Part shown: piece by piece, positions 11,684-20,769 of the stretch | Layout: each line of letters starts with the position of its first letter | Numbering within the stretch: position 1 is the first letter of the stretch | Source of the DNA: Cyanophora paradoxa CCMP329 | Taxonomy: Eukaryota; Plantae; Glaucophyta | Direction of reading: 5' to 3' | Assembly: GCA_004431415.1 (NCBI GenBank) | Contig: QPMI01000629.1 | Span: forward strand, 1-64,000 | Length of the DNA stretch: 64,000 nt | Notes under the pieces: generated by a model | Database searches by the model: none | The model's input: the letters and a program-made list of their open reading frames with translations, nothing else | What the model was told of the DNA's origin: nothing | Made by a program: the position numbers and the translations under genes

Positions 11684-13218
11684 ATGCCCTTACGCGTAGT
11701 TTTAGCATTGTCCGGCGGCGGCGCACGTGGTATTATCATAACAAGGTTGTTAAAAGAAATAGAAACAAGAACGGGTAAACGCGTTATTGATTTGGTCGAT
11801 CTTGTAAGTGGAACGTCCACAGGCGGTATTATCGCTATCGGTCTCAATGTGAAAAATCCCGAATTTCCCGATGAACCTAAATTAACAGCTACCGACCTTC
11901 ACAATACTTACCTATATCATCTTCCTCTCATCTTTGCGAATCCGCGGAATATCATAGAGAATGCACTTTTCAATACTAAATATGATGTATCACCATTAGA
12001 AACCGCTATTTCTCTGTGACTGGGGAAGCTCTCATAAAAGATTCACTAAAAGATGTGGTTATTACGACGTTCGACACTGTAAGCATGAAACCAATTTTCA
12101 TAGCAAATGATAATGATTACAAGACTATACCAAGTAAAATAGCGGCACGTTCTACTTCCGCCGCTCCTACATATTTTGCTCCTGTCGATTACAACGGCAT
12201 GTGTCTAATTGATGGTGCTATATCAGGTAACAATAACCCAAGTGTTTGTGGTTATAGTCACGCAAAAAAGATTTATGATAACGATGACGATATTATAGTT
12301 ATTAGCATATCATGTGGTGAGGTTAACGAAACCGACGCACCAAATGTGGGTTACTCTTACGAAAGTGTGAATACCTGGGGTATTCTTTCATGGATTGCTT
12401 CCACCTCAGGGAGTCCATTAATCAATATGCTAATGGCTGCAAGTGAATTATCGGCTCTTGAAAAGATGCAAGAGTTTTTACCATATAATGATGACCAAGG
12501 ATACGCGCGATACTACCGTATCTCTGTGCCGCTTCCGAAAGATATCTTAAACTCCCTCGATGATACTTCTAAGATTCCAGACATGATCGCGGCGACTGAA
12601 ACGTATATACAAGCAAACGACGCCATGATAGATCGACTCTGTGAGTTACTTGTTACAAACTATGAGATTAAGAACCCTGTAAGATCCTATGTATCATCCA
12701 CCCTTAATAACATACCTCCTATCGATGCTAACTGGTATCTTCTATCAGATAATGCGTTTACCGCTTCTTCTGCAAAATTCGGAAAAGAGGCATTTAAAGC
12801 CCGCCCATCATTAACTGGATGGGAAGCGAATGCATCCGCAATTAACGGAGTATGGGAAACGCCTACTGAATATTTGCAAATAGCCTTCCCATATACATTT
12901 GAGGTCGCTTCTATAATTGCATATGGTTCAGGTATAACAACTGCGTTTATTAAGACTTTCAATGTTGCGACATCGCAAGATGATATAACATGGTCATTTA
13001 TCAAATATGAGGGTGTAAATAGAATGTTTGTATGTGAGAATATAAATAATGCTAATAACTCTGGGGATGTATCATATGCTATGGGGTTCCCACTTTCGGT
13101 AAATGATGTATTTTACATAGGTTATCCATTGAGAACACGATATATACGTATTTATCCTTTGGTATATATAAATGCTCCGACTATGAGAGTCGATGTTACG
13201 GGCGCATTTATACGGTAG
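11684..13218 (+). CDS. Patatin-like phospholipase fused to a C-terminal F5/8 type C (discoidin) domain; one frameshift near 12016
   Basis: Oxyanion 'LSGGGARG', nucleophile 'GTSTG', 'STSAAPTYF' and catalytic 'IDGA'. C-terminal discoidin motifs 'EYLQIAF', 'SQDDITW', 'RTRYIRIYPL...MRVDVTG'. Confidence 0.9.
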
Positions 13219-13401
13219 AAAAACGAGGGATTTTTTTCCGATTTTTTGATTATATATATGTATATGTATATATAATAATATTATTTATTATTTTTTCCAA
13301 ACATTTTGTTCTCGGTCAAACGGCATTACGGAGGTTTTGGTATATATAGTGTAAATATGTCGTGTATATATGGTGTATATATGTCGTGGGAATTTCGGAC
13401 A

Positions 13402-13530
13402 TTTCAGGACGATGGGGGGATGATTTCAGGACAATGGGGGGATGGTTTCAGGACGATGGGGGGATGGTTTCAGAACAATGGGGGGAAATAGTCAGAACAA
13501 TGGGGGAAATAGTCAGAACGATGGGGGAAG
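13402..13530 (+). repeat. G-tract minisatellite, 6 x ~21-22 bp (tcag(g/a)ac(g/a)atGGGGG(G)a...)
   Basis: Directly visible between the convergent patatin and integrase genes. Confidence 0.85.
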
Positions 13531-13775
13531 AAACCCAAAGAAACCAAAAATTCCAAGAAATTCATACAAACTGCTATAACTCTTCACCAACTGATCGCCT
13601 TTCAAAACCGCGACCATCGCCGGAATCCTCTTTTCATCCTCTACGCATCTAAGCTACTTCCGGGAACTGGATCGTAGATTTACCCGGGTTTGAGGTGCTG
13701 TATATGTCTCTTTTGAGGTCTGGAAGTCTGTATACCATCTCTGGCTGTTGACCTCTGATAGCTTCTGGGTTCCTG

Positions 13776-15095
13776 CTATGACCAACTTCTTAATTTCACG
13801 CTCCGCCTTCCTTTCTTCTTAGTTCTGGCTTGTGTTAGCGGTTCTTCTGGGACATCATCCGCTTTTTCGATGCCTTCCTTTCGTATCGCCGCATCCACAC
13901 GCGCTTCTTCTTTGGCTTGTTCTAATGCATCACCTGTGGGCGCCTCATGATACTCTACACCTTTGATAGGTAACAGTTCGTGGAAAGCAAACCTTCCATC
14001 GACCAATTCACCATTCGGATTTCGTAACCGAAACTTAAAACCCTCCCTACCCTCGACAGTATAAACGATCCGCGACCAATTGACACCCTGTTTAGCGAAT
14101 GGGTTCTTTTCTATTCTCACCCGCACAAACATACCCTTTTGAATACCGTCTAAGTAAGCCATCGACTTCTTAAACTTCTCGTCTTCTAAACCTATGATCT
14201 CTCTATAATGCTCATCTGTGGTTTCTGCGGGTTTTCTCTTAGTCGCTGAATGAACAGTATGATTATAATTATACTCAATGTCACCCAATACATCGAAAAA
14301 TCGCGCTGTGTTGTTTGCTATGCAATAGTTCGTAATAAGCCGCTTGATCTGCTTGTTAAACGCTTCAATTCTACCCTGACTACGATGATCTGCGACATCG
14401 CTAATCTGATGATCGATGAACTTCTTAGCAAGGTAGTTAGTGAACACCGTATTCGTAAATTCGCTCCCGCTATCACTTTGGACGCGTGCGATAGGTCGAG
14501 GGACTCTCTTTTGTAGCTGTTCGAAAGCGGCAAGAGTCGTAATAGCGCTCTTATCTCTCATCGGAATAATATAACCTGTTCTAAGCGTTGATTCCATCGC
14601 GGACATAAACGTATCGTATCCGTCATTTTGCTTCTTATAAGCCGGGAAAAACAGAAGATCTATAACATAGGTATCGAGAGGTTGCCTAATTGGTATCATC
14701 GGGTCTCTCTTTCTTGAAAGGGTAGGCGCGTTAATCTGAACGACTTCCTGTTTATCATACCATTCTTTCATCTTCTTATAGTCTTCATCTGGTAACTCCT
14801 TCCTCATAGCTCCGAAACCCTTGTATCCGGTGCGCGGATCGTAAAACTTCTTAGCAATCTTAGATTCTTTCGTTACAGTATCAGTAGGCAATGCCTCCGG
14901 GATCAGTTCTTTAACTATCTCAGACTTCTTTAAAATTCGTGTGTTTTTCTGTTCTATCGGAATGGTTATAGGTAGCATGTTACCCTGATCTTCTTTCATG
15001 CTCTTCTTTACGATCTTTGGAGTGGGTCTTAATCCTATCTGTGCTGACGGCATCTTTACCTTATTTCCGTAATTTAATTTTTCTATATAATTCAT
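13776..15095 (-). CDS. int: Retroviral-like DDE integrase (rve, Polinton type); true start probably the ATG at 15053
   Basis: 'YVIDLLF' (D1), 'VQSDSGSEFTN' (D2), 'QGRIEAFNKQIK' (E), 'YNHTVHSATKRKP', SH3-like 'GMFVRVR...F.K....WS..VYTV'. ORF intact; no chromodomain seen. Confidence 0.93.
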   Translation of the reverse strand: MNYIEKLNYGNKVKMPSAQIGLRPTPKIVKKSMKEDQGNMLPITIPIEQKNTRILKKSEIVKELIPEALPTDTVTKESKIAKKFYDPRTGYKGFGAMRKELPDEDYKKMKEWYDKQEVVQINAPTLSRKRDPMIPIRQPLDTYVIDLLFFPAYKKQNDGYDTFMSAMESTLRTGYIIPMRDKSAITTLAAFEQLQKRVPRPIARVQSDSGSEFTNTVFTNYLAKKFIDHQISDVADHRSQGRIEAFNKQIKRLITNYCIANNTARFFDVLGDIEYNYNHTVHSATKRKPAETTDEHYREIIGLEDEKFKKSMAYLDGIQKGMFVRVRIEKNPFAKQGVNWSRIVYTVEGREGFKFRLRNPNGELVDGRFAFHELLPIKGVEYHEAPTGDALEQAKEEARVDAAIRKEGIEKADDVPEEPLTQARTKKKGRRSVKLRSWS

Positions 15096-15097
15096 AA
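15054..15097. promoter_or_regulatory. Bidirectional viral promoter between integrase and AdoMetDC
   Basis: TCTA 12 nt upstream of the AdoMetDC ATG. On the other strand, TAGA..ATTAAATT..AATAAgGTAAAG-ATG precedes the ATG at 15053. Confidence 0.6.
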
Positions 15098-15499
15098 ATG
15101 AACCATCGGGGCTTCCATGTGATGTTAGATTACAAGTTTTCGAGTCCGCTAATTACGGGAGTGGACAACTTAGAGACCACAACAAAATGGTTAATGCACT
15201 TTTTACAAGATATTATACAAGAACAAGGTATACGAGTAGTTCACAAGCATTACGAGATTTTCGATGGTGGTCTTTCACCTCCGGGTTTTACATTAGTTCT
15301 CCTATTAGATGAGAGTCATTGCACCGCTCATTGTTACTCAGACGAGGGCATGTTAGCCATCGATATATTCAGTTGCGGAAGGGACGCGGAGGGAAAGACA
15401 TGTAATATATCATCGTTAATAGAAGAGAGGATAATAGGTATCTTTGGTGGATCTCCTAATACGGAGAGACATAAAGTATCGAGATTTCCGACACGGTAA
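15098..15499 (+). CDS. speD: S-adenosylmethionine decarboxylase proenzyme, short prokaryotic (class 1B SpeD/SpeH-like) type
   Basis: 133 aa. 'G.H.MLD' start and 'PPGFTLVLLLDESHCTAHCYSDEGMLAIDIFSCG', containing the E|SH pyruvoyl self-cleavage site and the SCG motif. Confidence 0.9.
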   Translation: MNHRGFHVMLDYKFSSPLITGVDNLETTTKWLMHFLQDIIQEQGIRVVHKHYEIFDGGLSPPGFTLVLLLDESHCTAHCYSDEGMLAIDIFSCGRDAEGKTCNISSLIEERIIGIFGGSPNTERHKVSRFPTR

Positions 15500-15548
15500 T
15501 AAGTGGTAAAAGAAGATGTAACAGGTTAATTAATTGTTTTTCAGTGTG

Positions 15549-15641
15549 GTGTTACAGGTGTTACAGGTCAATCCCAAAGTTCCAAGCCGCCGACCTCCTC
15601 CTAGGGGAAAGTTTGGGATGAACCTGTAACACCTGTAACAC
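15549..15641. repeat. ~35-bp inverted repeat (hairpin) downstream of AdoMetDC
   Basis: gtgttacaggtgttacaggtcaatcccaaagttcc ... ggaaagtttgggatgaacctgtaacacctgtaacac, with a ~20-nt loop. Confidence 0.85.
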
Positions 15642-15985
15642 ATACCATTATCAGTAAGAACCCATTAAAATAACATAATATCAGTCATAAAATACTATAA
15701 GTAATCATAAAGTATCATCAAGTATCATATATTATCCTTGTTGTATTATACACCCCGCGCTCCATACAGCACATTGTAGCTGTTTTAACACAATCGCGGC
15801 GCCATATCCGCTCCATATATGCTACGCATTTAATCGAGAAAGTACATTTTATTATTTTTCGACGGAATTCCGTTAGAATTTCATACATATTTCTTTTGAT
15901 ACATTTTACATATTTTACATATTATTCATTCACAATGCATACACATATTATTTCCATATCATTATACACGATAATGCGTAATATC

Positions 15986-16282
15986 ACACATAGACAATGC
16001 CCGCGTTTTATCAGGAGGCGTGATATAATTTATCTAAGTTTAAAATCCACCTCAAATACAAGTGATTACGAGAGATAGAGGTAAAATACATCGGAGATAC
16101 GAATACATTAAATTTCAGTAAGGGATACGTTAGTATTATATATGAAATACGCACATAAAAGACAAGAATAAAGGATAAAATACACATAAATTAACGTTAA
16201 ATATGCAAGAAATATAGGTAAATTATAAACAAATTATAATTAAACTTAGCCGAGGGATAAAACGCGGGCATTGTCTATGTGT
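15986..16282. repeat. Perfect 27-bp inverted repeat pair marking the viral right terminus (15986-16012 / 16256-16282)
   Basis: acacatagacaatgcccgcgttttatc and its exact reverse complement; GC-rich host DNA begins at 16283. Confidence 0.88.
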
Positions 16283-17767
16283 CACGCGACTAGCGCAAGA
16301 GGCGTGACCGCTGTCGGGCAGAGCCGAGCTACGTGGCTGCGTTGCGCTTGCGCCGAATCGCGGAGGGGGGGGGCAAGTGGCAGGGGGGGTCCGTAAAAGA
16401 CTTTCGGACTCTCCATTGTGATTGGCTGGGGCGTGCGGCGTCCTCCTACGCGACCGTGCTCGCGCCCGGCCTCACTCTTGCAGTACGGAATGTCTGGCAT
16501 AATGCAAGCATCCACTTCGAACTGGTCTGGTCCGTATATCTGCTCCCTGTGCGTCGCTGGACCTGGTTTTGTCCCGGGTGTTGGTGCCTGTTCCTGGGTC
16601 ACCCTTTGGTCGGACGGGACCGGGCGACATGGTTTCGGGGTCTCCTTGGGATGGGCTGTCAGGATGTACAGCGCGGCCCGGGTTTTGAGGAGGTCGGGAA
16701 AACAGGATTTGCGGTAGGGTTGGGCCCGAAGGAGAGGGACAGGGGAAGTGTTTCTCCCTTCCCCAACTAGTGTTCTGAAGGCGACTCGGTAGACTACAGC
16801 TCAAACACCAGCTCGACATCTCCGGGATCCTCCGGATCCTGCAGTCAGAATCCCGGGATCCTCCTGCAGTCAGCATCCCAGTATCCGATAGGCGAGGAGC
16901 GGGGGACTAGTACTGTTGTCAAGTGTGTACAGTACAAATGCGCATGCGACCGTCGGGCAGGCTTTCCAAAAAAACTAGAGCTTTTCCACAGGGTATCGAT
17001 TGATGCATGCGCAGGGGAGGCACAATCTCCAACTTGGCAACTGCGCATGCGTCTTTCAAAGTTTCACCCTAGTCATGCAGATCAAGACTCTGAGACACAA
17101 ACTGGCTGTATGTTGCAATATTAATATTCGAATTCATCGATTCAATGATTGTTTTTGCATACAAGTCCACACTCACGTGTGGTAGCACTGCCAATGATGG
17201 TCTGGTGCAGCTGCATTCGCATGCGCAGCTTTGGAGTAGGCCGGGCCCTACGTACGACAGGCTGTCGGGCGAAAAGCAGCGGGCTGCGGGCCGCCGCCCG
17301 CCGCGCCCGCGTCCCCGGGGCCCTTCAAGGCTTTCGGCGAGCCGCGCCGCCGCTCCCGGCCCCGGGCGCGGGGCGGGGTCCCCGGGGGTGGCCGGGCTCG
17401 GCGCGGTGGCGCGGCTCCCCTCGCGGGCGGGGGGTTCGCGGGGCTTAACTTGCTGCGGCTCGGGGCAGGGCGTAGGGTAGGGTGGGCGGCGGCTCGGCTC
17501 TCGGGAGAATGATCAGCCGGGAGGGCATCCGATCATCGGATGATCAGCGCGTCGAGCTCGCGCGCCATACTATGATTGAAATTTCCCTGAGGGGAGGTAC
17601 CCGGTGACCGGTCCTGGGTTCAACGGTTCGAATTCGAGCTTCAAGACTTGAGGGAAGATTTTAATTTTCAAACTCTTTCCTGAGGCCCTGAGGGGAGGTT
17701 CGAGCTTGAGGTTCGAGCTCAGCGGCTTTAATTTGAGGGGAGGTTTTTGGGTTGAGCGAAAAGGGTG

Positions 17768-17901
17768 GGTCCTCGCGGCCCGGCGCGTCTACAAAGCGTG
17801 CGGAATGCTTCTTCTACATCTCGAATGCGTGTCCTATTGCTCTGCGCGCGCGCCGCAGCCTGGGCGCGCGGAAAGTTGCTCGGGTCTGTGCAGGATCGAA
17901 G
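17768..17901 (+). repeat. Dispersed ~135-bp host repeat, second diverged copy at ~24881-25013
   Basis: 'gtcctcgcggcccggcgcgtc..caaagcgtgc.gaatgcttcttctacatctc...gcgcggaaagttgctcgggtctgtg.aggatcgaag' appears in both places. Confidence 0.7.
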
Positions 17902-18222
17902 TTTTGCGTTAACTGGGTCCTCGCGCTCTGGCGCATCTTCGAATTCCGAGCGCGCGCAACGCTTTGTTTACATCTCTTATGCATGTACTTGGGGAAGGAC
18001 CCCCTTCCCCTTCCCCCACTTGGGGGTGTTCGGGTGCCCACCCTAGGCCAAAATGAAATGTCCCGACCTCCCAAAACCCAGGTTTTCTCGCCGGATCCTA
18101 GCAAGCCATGTCCCTAGGAGTCCGGAAACGTGTTCCGGGAGATCCGGATCCCGTCGGGTCGACCAGGAATGAGCAATAACACATTTTCAAAAAAAGTGAT
18201 CTAGCGCCTCACCAAGTGGCGG

Positions 18223-18825
18223 TTAACTCACTCGGCTTATTTCTCGCGCGGGTAAGACTCTGAGATCTAGATCAGGATCGTATGCTGGAGATATCTGATT
18301 TGAATATACTGCCGGCCGTACACTCTAGGTGACTACAATTGGATGCCTGTAAACGATCAGGGGGCTGCACACGAGGCTAAGGTCTGTGACTAGACCGACA
18401 GCTACGAGGGTGCTGGCCTCTGGGCGCCTCAAGGGACGGTGTGGGCGGGAAACGCGAAATTGAGGCGGCTCGGGCGCCGCGCTTGCGTGCGAAAACGCGT
18501 ATGGGTACGCTAGTACAAGTTGACTACCTGAATCAAATTCGGAACTTGAAGTTTAGACTGCGAAACGGGGCTCGAACAGCCGGCTCGCTAACCTCAGTAA
18601 ATCTACTTTACTACCCATTAACTCACTCGGCTTATTTCTCGCGCGGGTAAGACTCTGAGATCTAGATCAGGATCGTATGCTGGAGATATCTGATTTGAAT
18701 ATACTGCCGGCCGTACACTCTAGGTGACTACAATTGGATGCCTGTAAACGATCAGGGGGCTGCACACGAGGCTAAGGTCTGTGACTAGACCGACAGCTAC
18801 GAGGGTGCTGGCCTCTGGGCGCCTC
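18223..18825 (-). repeat. 3' B1-A2-B2 split direct repeat block (B ~208 bp twice, A ~168 bp)
   Basis: 18223-18430 = 18618-18825; 18451-18618 = 23185-23352 (identical on reading). Confidence 0.92.
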
Positions 18826-20618
18826 CGATGCGAACGAAATATAATGAAGAGAAGCGGCATCCAATAAATGATATAAAATATGTTTGGTGTGAAGCAGCGA
18901 GGAAAGAGAAGAAAGACGATATCGATAAATCTAGAAGAGCGGGCTCGAGACTGGCCGGCGCCCTCACGGGGCCTGTGGCTGGCCTGATTGAGGAGCGGAG
19001 GCGGCAGACGGTGAGGGAGCTCGAGGAGGAGAAGGCGGCGGTGGCAGCGAGCCCTGGGTCTCGGGCCACTGAGGGGAGTCGGCGAGGAATCCGCTGATGG
19101 GAGCCGCTCCTTGAAAACGCTGATCTGTAGGCGAGAGAGCGGGTCGGCGAGCGTGTTCTCGAGGCCCGGGACGTGTACAGCGCGAAACTCGAAATGGTGG
19201 AGGGCGGAAAGGCGGTAGAGGGAGCGGAGGAGGGGAGCGAGGGCCGGCTGCGAAATGCGGCCGCCGGAAAGGGCATGGAAGACAGGTTTACAGTCGGTTT
19301 CAAAAATAATTCGCTGCTGCTGCCAGCTGGGGCCCCAGGTCGCCGCTGCGATGACGAGGGCCATCAGCTCGCGCCAGGGCATGCTGCGAGTCGTGCCCTC
19401 TGGCCAAGATCCGAAGGTCCACGAGCTGCCGAAAACTGCGCCGAAGCCGAGATTGCTGGCGTCGGTCTGGATTCGCAGCACCTTGGCCGACTGCCAGTCA
19501 GACGTAGGGATGAGCCGGACTCCGTGCAGCCGCTGGAGGAGGTCGCGCCACCATGTGAGATCCGCATGAAAGCCGGCATGAAGCCGGGCGCGATGGTGAT
19601 TGGCCCGTAGAGTGGCGAGCTGCGCCACGACCCGCCGAAGGAAAAAGCGCCCCGCGGGGACGACGGGCACGGCCGAGACGAGGGAGCCGGCGAGGGAGCG
19701 GAGCTGGCCGGCTGAGGCATGGCTGCGAGTGGCCCACTCCGCGAGCTTCGCCTCGAGGTCGGCGAGCCGCTCTGGGGACAGGCGGGCCACCATCGCGAGG
19801 CTGTCAAGCTCGATGCCGAGGAAGGTGAGGCGGGTGCCGGGTCCTTCTAGCTTATGCGGGGCCAGAGGAATACCAAGGTCCGCGCAGACCTCGAGCAGCA
19901 CGTCGATGTACCGCCGGCACTCGCCGGTGCCGGCCTGCCCGATGAGGAAAATGTCGTCGACATATCGGGTGGGATCGAGCCCACGACGGCGGAGGGCAAA
20001 ATCGAGGGCCTGGCCGAGGTCCTCGAAAATGCGGGGGGAGGAGCGGGCACCGAAGGGGAGGCAGAGGTCGATGAAAAATTCGAGGATGGTGGGATTGGAG
20101 CGGGAGGGGAGGGCGAAGCCGAGGAGCCACCAGTCCTTCCGCCGTACCGCCAGCAGGCGAAAAGCAGACTCGATATCCGCCTTAGCCATCTCGGCGCCGC
20201 GGCCGAGCTGAATCAGAAGCTCAATCGCTCTGCTGACCTTCGTATTCTGGTAGTGTAGCTCGTCAGGGTCGATGCCGCTGTTGACTGACGGGCCGCGGTG
20301 CTTGGGGTACGAAAGGTTGTGAATTCGGCGCCATTTGGTCGAACGCTTCTTCGGAATGGCGCCGACTGGGGAGGCAACGAAGGGGCGAGGGAGGAGACGG
20401 GAACGGGCCGGCGACCCGTCCCATGGCGATCTCCTTCTCGACGTCCTGTCGCACCACGTCGATGTGCTCAAGGGCAGAGGGCTCGGGGCGGGAAATTGCA
20501 GAGAAGGAAGGGCCGCGGTACTGCAGCGGGAAGCCGTGGGCGAACCCGTGTGCGAGGCGGGCGGCAAGGGAGGATCGGGGTGGCCCTCCAGGGCTGCGGC
20601 GATGCGATCGGGCCGCAC
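18720..20618 (-). CDS. Reverse transcriptase-RNase H (DIRS/Ngaro type); frameshifted near the N-terminus
   Basis: 'SPVGAIPKK..KWRRIHNLS', 'KADIESAFR', 'LPFGARSSPRIF', 'YVDD', 'FLGIELD'. RNase H: 'TDASNLGFG', 'ELMAL', 'FETDC', 'HVPGLENTLADPLSR'. N-terminal 'GFPLQY...EIAMGRVAGPF' lies in ORF 20263-20814. Confidence 0.93.
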   Translation of the reverse strand: MRPDRIAAALEGHPDPPLPPASHTGSPTASRCSTAALPSLQFPAPSPLPLSTSTWCDRTSRRRSPWDGSPARSRLLPRPFVASPVGAIPKKRSTKWRRIHNLSYPKHRGPSVNSGIDPDELHYQNTKVSRAIELLIQLGRGAEMAKADIESAFRLLAVRRKDWWLLGFALPSRSNPTILEFFIDLCLPFGARSSPRIFEDLGQALDFALRRRGLDPTRYVDDIFLIGQAGTGECRRYIDVLLEVCADLGIPLAPHKLEGPGTRLTFLGIELDSLAMVARLSPERLADLEAKLAEWATRSHASAGQLRSLAGSLVSAVPVVPAGRFFLRRVVAQLATLRANHHRARLHAGFHADLTWWRDLLQRLHGVRLIPTSDWQSAKVLRIQTDASNLGFGAVFGSSWTFGSWPEGTTRSMPWRELMALVIAAATWGPSWQQQRIIFETDCKPVFHALSGGRISQPALAPLLRSLYRLSALHHFEFRAVHVPGLENTLADPLSRLQISVFKERLPSADSSPTPLSGPRPRARCHRRLLLLELPHRLPPPLLNQASHRPREGAGQSRARSSRFIDIVFLLFPRCFTPNIFYIIYWMPLLFIIFRSHRRRPEASTLVAVGLVTDLSLVCSPLIVYRHPIVVT

Positions 20619-20769
20619 GGGCGTGGGGCGAGGCGGGGCGGGACGCCTGGGAGGAGCTCGTCGACATCAAAGTCAGGGACCTCAATGGAGAAAGGCGGCG
20701 GCGGCGGCGGCGCCCTGCCCCGGCGAGGAGGCGCGGCCCGGCTTCCGGAAGGCCCGAGCCTTGAGCACC

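Larger units (their letters stand above)
1..16282. mobile_element. Endogenous Polinton/Maverick-like DNA virus (virophage/PLV-like), right-hand portion; left end outside window
   Basis: AT-rich, intronless, gene-dense block. Protein-primed PolB plus rve integrase is the Polinton/mavirus hallmark pair. Abrupt switch to GC-rich host DNA immediately after a terminal inverted repeat at 16282. Confidence 0.9.

Noticed and set aside
1-13218. Programmed frameshifting or certain pseudogenisation of the viral genes
   Set aside because: Shifts are numerous single-base losses, often in short homopolymers, and similar losses occur sporadically in the exon array. Long-read error is at least as likely, and this cannot be settled without reads.
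13306-13652. Short ORFs over the G-rich repeat
   Set aside because: Translations merely mirror the minisatellite.
15986-16282. Independent MITE with 27-bp TIRs
   Set aside because: No target-site duplication flanks the pair, and the outer repeat coincides exactly with the AT/GC boundary, favouring a viral terminus.
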